This document shows positions 25,801 through 38,157 of a stretch of 64,000 nt of DNA, in pieces. The notes under the pieces are model-generated. The model was not told where the DNA came from. It searched no databases and was given only the letters and a program-made list of their open reading frames with translations. Each line of letters begins with the position of its first letter. Positions within the stretch are counted from its first letter, which is position 1. Position numbers and translations under genes: made by a program. This DNA is from Pocillopora damicornis (taxonomy: Eukaryota), in the NCBI RefSeq assembly GCF_003704095.1, contig NW_020844475.1, forward strand, positions 1 through 64,000, read 5' to 3'.

Positions 25801-28800
25801 TCCGAAAAGCCACCACCAGGTACCGAAGAAAAAGTGACTACGCCTACTATGCCTACAGGTTTGTTGATTTATCTGGCTCTTTTTCTCACTAAAATTCTTT
25901 GAAAACTGCTGCAAAGCGCAGATTGTAGATATTTGTTCGAAATCTTAAAATATCTACCAGCACTTCCTCAGCGAGGCTTAATCGTGGTCAACGCTGAAAT
26001 GTCTCTACGGGCCTTCTGTATTTTGCGTTAGTGGCTCTTGCATGGTTACCAGTCTACCTGGACCGGTGGTAATTTTTCGTCGTTCATTAGGAATGTTTCG
26101 GTATAATTGCCTCTCTTATTCGTGAACATGTAGAGAAAGTGGACGAAATGATGAGGCCCGTATGAAAGCTCGTTGTCACGAGGCACCTAAAGAGCACATA
26201 TAAATGTATTTCCTTGTTGATTTTGTAACAGACTCTTTAAGGACTGATGTGTAGGATGCTTTTTTTTCCTTCTATTTTGGAAGTTATTCGCTTTATATTG
26301 TTTGTTTTCTTTCTCTCATGAAATTGTCTCCATTAATTTATTCATTAATTTTTCTTCAGGATGCGGTGGCCAAATGACTGGTGATGGTGGGAATTTTACA
26401 TCACCCAACTATCCTGAATCGTACTCAAAGAACAGCGAGTGTGTGTGGACAATAGTTGTGCCTCTCCAAGACACGATTGAGCTTACTTTTCACGAATTTC
26501 ATTTAGAAAATTCCGGAAGTTGTAATTATGACTTTGTCGAAGTTAGACAAGGTAGCACTCGCTTCTCTGAAATAATTGGAAAATTCTGCGCAAGTACGAT
26601 CATTTCACCTTTCAATTCAACTGGAGATTCCCTTTTTATAAGACTTGTCACTGATGGAACAGTCAATGAGAAGGGTTTTAGGGCTACATGGAGAAGGATA
26701 TCTCATTACATTCCTGCAAATCAAACGGCTCAGTCGTCCACAACCACCAAAGCTACACCTTCAATTACACCGCCTGAAAGTAAGCAATATTTTCTGTTAT
26801 TTTCTAGATTTCTAATTTTTACTGAACTAGAAATTAATTGCCGTTAGCGAGCAGTCAACCTTTTATGATTTTAGAGTAAACCATTTTTGTGTATTAACAC
26901 GCATTCTTCCCCTTTTTTACTTGATAGATGTTTGTTTGTTTGTTTTTTTTTTTGCTGAAACCCCAGTCGTCAAACCTTCATACCTAATTCTATACTTCCT
27001 TACTTTTTTCTCCTCATTTTTCTTTTCATATGTATTTGTTTACATTTTATGTACGTTATTAAGTTATTTGTTTTTATCCTCAGAGTGCGGAGGAATTTTG
27101 AATCAAGAAAACGGTGAAATAACCAGCCCAGGTTACCCTAACCAATATCCACTAAACCTAGATTGCATTTGGGTAATTTTGGCACCAAGTAATCAGGTCA
27201 TCCAGGTAGAATTCAGATCATTTCAACTCGAAAGACAATCCAGATGCCTGTATGACTATTTGGAGGTCAGGGATGGCGATAGATCAGACATGCCCTTGCT
27301 TGGGAAATTCTGTGGAGATGTAGTTCCTTCCCCCGTCAAATCTTCTCAAAACGCAATGTACATAAAGTTTCACTCAGACGGTTTAACTCCAAAACGAGGA
27401 TTTCAGCTTAAATGGCACGCTTTTAAAGGACAGCCGCTACCACCTGGGCCTGCACCGACGTCAGATGGGGACCCCGGTAAGTAAAATCACGCAAACAAAG
27501 GGTGAATTTAACTATAGATATTCATTGGAATTCCTGGGAAATATCGTTATTCTTTGGAAATAATCAGTCAATTACTGAATTTATTTTTACGATAGGCTGG
27601 TTGAAATTTTTTTGGCACCGAAACAAATTTCTTCTCACATCTATTACTCTACAGTTTGTGGTGGTACTTTCACCAAAATGTCTGGCGTTATAAAGAGCCC
27701 TCGCTATCCCAAAAAGTATCCAGAGGATGTAATGTGTCAGTGGGTCATAAAACTATCACCACAATACAAAATACGCTTAGAGTTCATGTACTTGCAAGTG
27801 GAGAAGAGCACAAGCTGCCAGTATGATTTTGTGCTCGTTATGGATGGCCTCCCGACTTCTCCAACTACTCTCGGGAGATTTTGTGGCAACTCAAGCAAGC
27901 CGGTGGTAGACTCAACATCCAGTGAAATGACCGTTTTCTTTAAGTCTGATATGAGCGTGACAGACAAAGGATTTGAGGCATACTGGTATGCCCATCCAGT
28001 TCTAGGCACTAAATCTCCGTCAACCGAAGTAAACGTGATTGGTAAGTATGATTTATTTCTCCAAATATTTTGAATATCCACTAAGTGTAAACTTCCTGCC
28101 ACATTTCATGTCCCTCTCATTTGCAAAATGAAATGTTCATTCTTCAGGTTGACAAAAGTCATTGACTAGGTGGGCGACATTCCACTGGGAGAGTGACTAG
28201 ATGAAAACTGGTTCTATAAAAGTTACCCGTAGATAAATGGCGGTCCAAGACATTTATAGTAACGATGAGATAAGGGTCCTGTTACCGCCTATAAGCGCAT
28301 TATTTTTTGCACTAGATGACATGACAAACAATTGTGTGATTCATTGTAAAGATATAACGGTTTTAATAATCGTCTTTTACTTTATTAAGAGCCGTGTGGT
28401 GGAAAACGTATGCGTCCAAGTGGTGACATCTTCTCACCATACTACCCTGCCTTCTCTGGTGCCCAAGGGCCTGTTGACTGTGTATGGGTTATATCTGTAT
28501 ACGAAGGAAACAAAATTGCCATTGGTTTTAACGAATTTGATCTGAACAGTGACGATAACTGTGTTACGGAGTACGTGGAATTGAGGGACGGGCCATCAGA
28601 GACGTCTCGTCTGCTAGGACGCTATTGCATTTCTGCACCGATGGTGGTGCGAGGTTCTACGGATACATTATGGATGCGTTATTATACAATTGGAACGGGA
28701 AGTAAGGGTTTTGAAGCAACGTGGACTACTATGAAGCAAACATTAAAACCTATGAAACCTAGTGGGAAGCCTTCGACGGGATCTGTTCCTCATCCACCAA

Positions 28801-31800
28801 GTAAGTTCCACCCAATGATTATGCCAGTTCAATTCTCCGTTGGATTCTAACAAGCATACGTATACACAGGGGAAAGTAATATACTGAATCGAGCGATAAA
28901 AACTACTCTTCAAATGCATTAGCTTTTCTCGCTGCCTAAGGTGATTTTTAAGATTTTATTAAGTTTTCAATTAGTCTTCAACAAATTGAGAATGAGACGT
29001 TTTCAACGCCCTCACACGTAAACCGTTTTTTAAAGAATGTCTACGTGATTCTCAGCTGCATCTTAAATAATGTTTTTAGTAATAACATTAATATGCGTGT
29101 TAGCCTAACTGTTTCTCCAATCAACATTTCACTTGAGTAGTATTTCCACTAATTGCTAATTTATTTTTCATCCTGAACGATGCGATTTCTTTTGTTCACA
29201 ATATTAGGTGAAGAATACACTGTTATAGAGCCAACTGATTATCGCTTATTTTTTGATAAGGTTTTTCGAACTTATTGATCTTGTACCGGTCGCAATACTC
29301 TATTGTGTCTCTTGGCTCATAGTTTAAAAACTGTTCCAATCTGCCTTGCAGTAACTCCGAGAATAAACACCGTTACTATTCTGTTTGAGTCCAATCCTGT
29401 TTTAGTTTCATTACCCATATATATATATATATTTACATAAACGATGTCTTTTTTAGAAAAATGCGGCGATGCACTAGGTCTTGAATCCGGTGAAATAAAA
29501 AATAAACAGCTGTCGTCATCTTCCACGTGGATGGGCATAAGCACCTTTGGTCCGCAGCATGCAAGACTCAATAACAGTAAGTGGCCCCAAGGCTGGAGTG
29601 CTGATACAACTGACCAAAATCCTTGGCTCAAAGTCACGTTTCAATCGGATTACGTAATTACTGGCATTGCAACGCAAGGTTATGGTAATCCAGTTTTCAA
29701 TGAATGGATTGAGAGCTATTATTTGCTTTGGCTTGACAGCAAGGCTGGAGAGGTGTATTATCACGAAGATGGAAAAGTGAAGGTAGGTGACAGAATGACT
29801 CTGTACCGATGGTGGTTTTTTTTCATATTTTTTACATATGGTTTACCACTCGTGATATGTATCAGCAAAAAGAAGTACCCCTTTGCTTGAGATACACAAC
29901 CTCACTTCATACAGTAAATGGCTCCACCAGTAACTTCGATGAAACACCGGCTCGATTCACGTGCCGAATTTTATAAGAAATTTACAGGCATGTTTTTTCT
30001 ATTATTATTATTTCAGGCATCCCTTTTTTAATCATTATTATTGCACTATTTTTATGATTTTTTGTTTTTTTGTTTCTTGCAAGCTTAATTACGGCTGGCT
30101 GATTCATTGAGTTATGATTATAGTTTCTTTATTCGGTTTGATCAAAGTGGTAAGTTTCGTATCTTAACCAAAGCCCTAGTATCTTCAAGGTTATACAGGG
30201 CACCCAAGCCATTGTCTTTCTGGTGAATGTTTTAATTGTGTTTGACTCACAGGTTTTAGATGGTAATAGTGATCACAACACGATTGTACGCCATATGCTG
30301 AAGGAACCCTTCATTTCTAAAGAAGTAAAAATCCAACCAAGAAGTTGGAAAGGTGGTGTGGGCTTGCGATTAGAACTCTATGGATGTAAATTTGGTAAGC
30401 CATTATTGTAACATTAATTAGAGAATTTCAATTCGGCCTACTACTTTTGATTGTCGCTCATTTTTACTTCAAATTCACAACTAAGTTAACCTTAAAAGAA
30501 GATGTTTTTCGTCTTGTCACTAACGTGGGAGAAAGAAAAAATTCTGAGTCCCCATGAGGAATCGAACCTCAGACCTTCGGATTCCGTGTTCCAATGCTCT
30601 ACCACTGAGCCACAGAGACTCCACCGTGAGCGAGGTCGGTTACGAAGTTCTCCCTTTTTTTATGAGGAAAGCTAGCTATACTTCTTTGCCCTATTTGTTG
30701 TATTATTGCGCACGTTTTTTAACAGTTTATAAGAATGGTTTTATTATCCTTTTTTGCTGTTGTTTTTTTTTTGTCATATGCAGACGAATGTCAAGAGCCT
30801 CTTGGGATAGAAGACCCGGATATTATTGAAGACGGACAGCTAACAGCCTCTTCCGCATGGGAGGATGATCATGACAAGTTCGGTGCCCAGAGAGGAAGGC
30901 TCAATTTGAATCGCTGGCCTCAAGGTTGGACGGCAAGCGTAGAGGATCGTTCCCCTTGGTTTCAAGTAAACTTGAAGCACCCTTTTATAATAACGCGGGT
31001 GGCAACACAAGGCTATGGAGGATCCGTTGATCAGTGGGTGGAGAAGTACCGAGTGTCATGGAAAAGTGAAGAAGAAGTTTGGCGTAATTATTCCGTTCCT
31101 CGTCAGGTGAAGACTTCAGCCGTCCTTTGGAAGAACAAGGTGATAATTACATGTTAACCGTAGATACTGTTTTAAAATGAGACTAAGCTCATTTTCATCA
31201 TCGTCAAGTCCTATAGTTCATAGATTGATCGCTATAAAAATCAATTGTATCATTTCGTCTCTCATGTAAAAGTTTGGTGCTCCCGTGTGTTTTTGATCTT
31301 TTTTAACTAACCAACCGCAAATACAAAATTGTCAATTTTCGTGTTCTTTATGTTCAAGTTTTGAAAGTTTAGCACTCCTAACAGTGAGATGAACAGAGTT
31401 GTTTCTACGCTTGCAGTGTGTATACGGTGTGATAAATGACGAATGAATGAACAAATAACGCTTAAGACATGAAAAGATTTTTACTGTCTTCAAACGAATT
31501 TATATCATTCATTCCTCAGGTATTTCATGGAAATAAAGACAGGAATTCAGTGATATCTCACACTCTATGGAACACCATTAAGTCAAGCACGCTCCGATTT
31601 TGGCCAATGGTTAAACGTAACTTTGTTTCTATGCGAACAGAATTGTACGGGTGTATGACAGGTCAGTATTTCTAGTCTAAAACGTCGAACATCAGTTCTT
31701 TATAAGCCTCTTGTTTTGGATCGTGTCTTCTCGATAATAAGTCTATAAGAATCTGTCATTTTTTTTAGTATTTTTAGCACTATACGTTTTGCTGTGAGAT

Positions 31801-34089
31801 TTGTTTTTCTGTGGTTATTAATCTTGTATCTCACTTGATTGCTAATCATACACTATACAGACCAATCGCGATCCGCAACCGAGTGCTCAACAGTTGGCCA
31901 TCGTATGAGTGGTGAATCAAATCCGCCCAGCAGAAAAGGTTGCCATTGGCATGTCACTTCTTCAAAGGCGGAGAGCACAGTAACGCTGAAGTTTATAACT
32001 TTTGATTTCTTAAAAAGCGATCCTTCATGTTTGAAAGACTACGTTGAAATCAGAAACGGCCTTACTAAACACGCTCCTCTGATAGGAAGGTATTGCGGAG
32101 ACAAGATACCTGCTCCCGTGCAATCCTCGGGAAACGGTCTCTGGGTGCGTTATGTGGTGTCAGGTGATATAAAAACCAAAGTTGGCATGACTTATCACGA
32201 CGGTCCTTCTAAGTCTTCTCAGGGTGATGAAGGGAAGAAAGGTACACTTACAATGGCGAGTTCTTTTGTTTGCCTGTTACTTAAATGAACTAGGGGTACA
32301 AAAGCCTGAAACGTTTATTGTTCCTGTGTAACCAAATTGATATTAAATGCAGCTTTCGTTTAGGGAGAATGGTTGGTCACCATGAAATAACAATAAAGCA
32401 CGTTTTATCATTGACAGGTAAAAGCGCAGGAAGAATTTCATAAGTCTGTTCACCCGGAAAATGACTGTTGGTGATAAGTTTATCAATGGTCATATTTTAT
32501 CTTAAATGTTCGTGAACGATAAAGATGAGATTTAATGATTTTTACCTGGATGGTAACAAAATGGTTAAATTTAAGATTTGTGATGATTCATAATTTTAAA
32601 GAGCTACCTGTAAATAAAAAATTTTCATAGTGTGTTATGACTTGACAACGATTTTGAATGTCCACTTTTTTCTTATTTATTTTCACATCAAAAGCCCATA
32701 TTACTCCCTATACTAATATCGGATCGTTTTGCAATTCTCTGATTCCTTATCTCTCCAGGATGCGGTAATCTAAAATATTCTGTCTCTCCGTGGGAGTCCG
32801 ATGGAGATTTACCAAAGCAGTGGCCTGGCCGATGGCCCTGGCAGGTAGCTCTTCTGCTTATGGGACAATCTGTTCAGCAGTGTGGCGGCGCTCTCCTTGC
32901 TCCTCGATGGGTACTCACCGCAGCCCATTGCTTCAAAAGGTATTAAAAATTTATTCAAAGGTGCTCGTTTTTTCAGCTACAGGTGAAAAGGGTGCCTCCT
33001 TAAAAATAGAAAATATTTAATATGAAGATTTATCATATAAACTATGGTGTTATACAAGGATTTCCAGCCATGAGAAAAGCCATAATAACACATGTGAAAA
33101 AATACGATATTTTTTCACGTGTGTTTTATATCGCCAATCAGCTGCTGATACGTCACTCGCTTTTCGTGCCACTCGATCAGGTTGTTGAATGAATGGAAAA
33201 GCCTTCACGATTCTCAATACAAGGTAGTTTGTCGGAACGTTCTCGAATTATAGCGGCTAAAACATTTAAAAATCCGTATCGCTCACAGACGGTGACTTTC
33301 AAACTTTCCTAGAAGGGAAGATGAAACCAATGTACGAAAATAAAAACCGAAAGTTACGTGTTCGGTGACTTTGGAAATGGCGTTTCTCGCGGCTGAAAAC
33401 GAAAATCGACAACTGGAAGATTTGCCATAGGCCGATTTTGGCCGTTTACCTGAAAGACTTTTACTGTCGGTAAAGAAAAAGTCAATAAACCACAGACTTT
33501 CGTTTGCAGGTTTAAACAACCTCTTCAGTGGGTCATACGGGCTGGAGAGTTTGATCTCGCGAAAAAGGAAAATTCTGAGCAAAATATACGAGCAGAAAAA
33601 ATATATGTTCATTCATCATATATCCCGTCAACAAACGAGAATGATATCGCTCTGGTATACCTTGAGCGAGCAGCACAATTGAACGATTTGGTGGAAACGA
33701 TATGTCTACCAGATGAAGGAGAGCTACAGCTCGAGAGCAAGTGCGCTGTAGCAGGTTGGGGTTTTAGGCCGGCCAACGTCCATCATACATCTACCCCGCT
33801 GAGGTCCCAAAGAGTGCCCGTTGTTTCCCGCCAGGTCTGTAACGGAGCCAATGCATACGGTGGTCTTGTGAAAGATAATATGATTTGTGCAGGGTATGAG
33901 AGGGGTGGCGAAGACAACTGTTACGGAGATGGTGGAGGCCCTCTCATGTGCCAGAATTCGGTAGGAAAGTGGTTTGTTGGTGGAATTAATAGCTGGGGAC
34001 AAGGCTGCGGACTGCCTGGCAAATATAGTGTGTACACCTATACGGAGAGGTATCGTGACTGGATAAACCGTCATATGCAAGCAGACTAA
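22871..34089 (+). CDS. Secreted mosaic protein: signal peptide, 5 CUB, 2 F5/8 type C (discoidin), CUB, inactive trypsin-like domain; exons 22871-22934, 23587-23607, 25451-25858, 26360-26779, 27084-27476, 27655-28041, 28390-28800, 29457-29782, 30253-30394, 30784-31139, 31520-31661, 31861-32241, 32759-32939, 33510-34089 (1403 aa)
   Basis: Signal peptide [25 protein letters not shown] motifs CGG..SPNYP..C.W..C.YD...G.FCG..SD..GF. FA58C motifs LGLE, ARLN, W..PWL, IATQG and LRLELYGC. Trypsin motifs WPWQV, CGGALL, LTAAHC, DIAL, MICAG and GDGGGPL. Exons total 4212 nt in frame. Confidence 0.92.
24572..24661. repeat. Imperfect 42-bp-arm palindrome (MITE-like) in intron 2 of the CUB gene
   Basis: gtcagatatgtaaatcaagtgaggccaggtatgctacgctaa versus the reverse complement of the right arm, 5 mismatches. 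Confidence 0.75.
30501..30650 (-). mobile_element. tRNA-derived SINE
   Basis: Minus strand gagtctctgTGGCTCAGTGGtagagc...gaGGTTCGATTCCtcatggggactc has Pol III A and B boxes and a cloverleaf-like head, but an aberrant anticodon arm and a non-tRNA tail. Confidence 0.8.
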
Positions 34090-37000
34090 CTGTTCTCACT
34101 TGCGTCAGATAAAGGAATGGTGAATCAACTTTTGAGTCCACACTGCAAAATACCAAATTATAAGGGCCTGCGATTGGCGCTTGTCGTGGCCGGCTCATCC
34201 CGTTCGATTTCGGGAGGGATTACATCCAAGTAAAACATAGTAGTAGCTATGAAAAGGAACGTGTAAGTCGCTTTCAACGTTTTGCAACTGACTAAAACAT
34301 ACGTTTTGTTGTTCAGATAAGTAATAGGCTGTAGCCAGTTAAATATATATTTTTGACGTAATCACAATTCAATTTCGAAAATGTGAAACTAATTTTTAAG
34401 GGCTCATCGTTTCGGTATTAGTAATGGAAGAATAATGGGACGCTGTGAAGTTTAGCGAGGTCTTAATTAAACGAGCCGTTTCGAACGGAGCTTGATAATA
34501 CAATTAAACCAATCGAATTTTCCTTGAGAGGATTCAAACGTAATGCGATCTTTGTGACCTTGTGGATATGAATGGTTAGTCAACGTCTACAGCTGTAAAA
34601 TTCTATATTTACCTAATTGTACTTAGCTAAAATGTAGTTTCACTGTGATATAATTACTGAAGTGTTTCCGGTCTTTTTTTTTTTTTTTTTTTTGAATAAG
34701 GCACCCTTCAGCCCTTTGGTCTCCTACGTAATATGGCAGTTAGCTTGTATCCTTTTTTTCTTTGTGTGAAAATCTATGGTTTCCTGAATGTCGAGGTATT
34801 TTTTCCGATGTACGTAATCTTTTTTTAATCTCGTTTACAAGGGCTCTCAACCAAGTTACGCCATGGCGTAGAAGCCATGAGCGATAGTTATCGGTGTTCT
34901 ATTTACGATACTGCTGGATTTATGAGTTTCATATCAGGACGTGATTAACACGTCGTCTTAGAGATTTCTTAAACCTAAGGAACCCCAATTATCATTGGAA
35001 TCTAAATGATTTCTCAATTCGTTTAAAAGGTTTCTTAAAATGCTTTATTTTTTTTGCGACTTCTTTTTTTCTCTTGGAAGGATTTTTGTGATGGTTAGAA
35101 GTTCGATTCAGCAGCCTTTCAAATGTCACTAAACGACATCAACATGGTGAAGGCTTAAATGAGAGATGATATTGGGAACGTTAGCTTAGTTTTATGGTAC
35201 CATGAATGATGTTACTTGTTCAAAACGTCTATCAGATTGGTATGCTAGCGGACTAAATTAAATATGAAAAGTTGCGAAAGGACTTATCTACCACATGTAG
35301 TGGTAAAAATAATGCCAGCTGAAGTAAACTGTCAGGAATGTGCAGCTGATTGTACATGCAACATCATCAAAAAGTCAATAATTTATATTGATCGTTTGTC
35401 TCGCAATATTAACCCTTGGGACGGTTCCCACGGTCACGAGAAAAGCAAAGAAAGCAATCTTCTAAAGAGAAATCTAACTAACCGCTTTGCTGAAGGTCCC
35501 TTGTTATAAAAGGGAAACCTTTGATTTCTGTGTCATCCGCTGACAGAAAGCGGATCTGTCTAAATCACCGGAAAGCCGGCAAAGACATACTGAACAAGAA
35601 TTTATTTAATATATACATGTAATACTCGATCCCAGACGAAATTTTCGAGTTTGTCATCTCTTTTTTGTTAAGTAATAATAGAATCCTAGATAAGAATCGC
35701 GTCGTTTGGACCGTCTACGTTTGGTATTCGCTTTCGCTGGACTACGATTGGCTGATCTGTCTTTCATTATAATGAGTAGTCGCTTGAAGAATTTTTTCTG
35801 TTATGATATCGTCATACATGTTGAGCTCGTGCGTTGACGAGTTGTTCTTGCCTCAGTAACGTGGCTCTAATCGCTTTTTCACTTGCCGCACGTAGACTTC
35901 TGAACTTCATATGTTTGGATCGTTTACCATCTACTTTTGTCGCTGTTCCGTTTCCACCAACATTAGACAAAGTCCATGTTTTTCCGGATATTCGACATGG
36001 CTCATAAAAGAGAAGTACTTGTCATCAAAGATTTGATCTGTGTCCAAGGAAAGTCTTTTTAAGATTAACAATCAATACAAGTTTATAGCAACGACAACAC
36101 TAGCCGTCGGATTCATCTCAGCTTATAAGGAGTAAGTAGAGGATGTAACCGTTTGCTATAAAACATTAATTTTTTTGAATTGCTAACTTTTAATCACACT
36201 GCAAACGAAAATACTTGCCATTGATTAGGTAGATAAAATCAAAGTCAATCAATAATGCTATGGCAATTGTTCAACAATTATATTGTGCTTTACGCAATTT
36301 AACCTTTGTGTTAAGTTTCTTTTTTTTTTTTTTTTCAATTTATTTTAAAGAATAGCAGATTTATGTCATGTGATTGTGTTGCCCTCTCGTGTTATCCCAT
36401 AACATTCAAGCCAACAAATGCGTCAGGTTTTCAGATAATTAAGAAGTGTGCTCTAACAAGCAAAAACAGCTCAAGTTGCACTAATGCCATCGACAATCCT
36501 TTCTGTCGAATACTAACAAAACTCTCACATTCAGCTCTGGTCATCGAAGTTCTTTAAAAGACAACAAATGAATACAATTATTACCTCTTGCCTGATTTCT
36601 TGATTCCTCTCAGACGATGAGCGATATTTAACAGCCCAGCTTGATATTTGAAGTATGCCTTGTTCTAAAAATAACGTACAGCTTTTAACCATTTTAACCC
36701 TATTTCGTTTCAAAGACTATTTCTTGTTACTCATGTCATTAAAGAGACAGTTTTGTCTCCTTAGCAGTGTGCGAGCCAAGGGAGAGCCTTAGATCCACTG
36801 TCGCCATGTATTTTATCCCTTTTCGGTACTCGGAATGGTTGAAAAAGAAAACTCGAAACTATTGTATTTGAAAAGCACTCTAATGAGATTTAAATTCTAG
36901 TACCCTTTGAACAAAACTTAACGTGAACACAGTCCGAGTATTGAGTTCGTCCTTTACATAATTCTTTGCCGTCGGACGTGCAGGCTCTTTATGGGTGTAG

Positions 37001-38013
37001 CGTCAGGAAAAACTAATGAATAGTAAATTACCGATCTGTAATTGCATTTAGCTCCGATTACTTAGTAGTTGTACTAATTACTTAGTGGTTATGCTTTTAG
37101 GCGGTAAAGCCGCCAAAAGTCCTCAAAATCTCTCACGTACCTCGATCGGATTACGAAAGCAGTCCTTTACTGCTTGGGAAACTTCTGATATTGTACAGTA
37201 ATAAACTACTTAGCTAACAGTTATGTTTAGCTAATAGAAAGATGCGTCAGAAAATTTCAGAAAGGGGCAAGATTTATCCCCTTGTTTCTTTTACAAAATG
37301 TTATTCCAAGCCTTTGACGTACAAACTATTTATATCGCCTATACAAATATTCTATTTGAGTACTTCTCAATCGCAACCAGACCGACCAATCCAGGTAGGA
37401 CCTCAAAGGTATGAGCTTAAAAATCGATTGTTTATTATCGGCCGAATGTAGTGCATTTCTAGAACTCTGTAGTTGGTATCGAAAATATTTAACTGAGGAG
37501 AGAGTTTTCCTCGAAATTCTGTTTGTCTTTAACTAGCTCCCTGTTTTAAATTATCTCCTGCTTTTCTGTCTCCGCTTGCAAGCAAAATTCTTACCTTTGA
37601 TTGCGTGGTTCCTAGACGAAACTAGTTGAGGGGCACGTGATTTGATTTACGCTGGGCGTGAAATGAAAGTGGATTGTTGGGTTTATATTTCGAGATATCA
37701 TATATGATAAAGATGAGGTTTATTTTTTCAACAAACCGATGTAAAAAATTCCTTTTGTAATGTACGCACTATTTGTGGGGTTAACGTGTATCCAAAATGT
37801 TTCAAAGGGTAATTTTAGTACAGTGCGTGTTCATTCTATTTCCTCTTCGGTGTTTTTGTTCGTAGCATTTTTCCAAAGTCCCATTCTGTTGTAAGGAAAG
37901 TGTCTGTGTCTTTACTTGAAAATGGTCCAAAAAATCGTCGGCCGTTTAATTCTGATGATGATCTCTCATACCAGTGGAGAGGATACTACTGTGTAACCAT
38001 AGTACCTCTCATG

Positions 38014-38157
38014 AATAAAGGGAGGTAAATTTAAAGAAGCTGTGGTATTGCGTCGGTAGGGGGTATCATAAGATAGTTTGGTTTTATCAAGTGAGATGAT
38101 AATGCAGTTCTAAAGAGTTTCTACTGAAGCTGGGTGACGTCTCAAGCGTTAGTCTTA
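38014..38157. mobile_element. Decayed copy of the Penelope-like terminal repeat
   Basis: ataaagggaggtaa..aaagaagctgtggtattgcgtcggt...tgacgtctcaagcgttag is similar to 43435-43575. Confidence 0.6.

Noticed and set aside
30546-30622. Possible tRNA gene
   Set aside because: The anticodon arm is malformed, the location is intronic and a SINE-like tail is attached; called a tRNA-derived SINE.
33087-33125. 17-bp-arm hairpin; also an 11-bp-arm hairpin at 6000-6024
   Set aside because: Short and probably repeat-derived; no evidence of function. Rho-independent terminators do not apply to this eukaryotic DNA.
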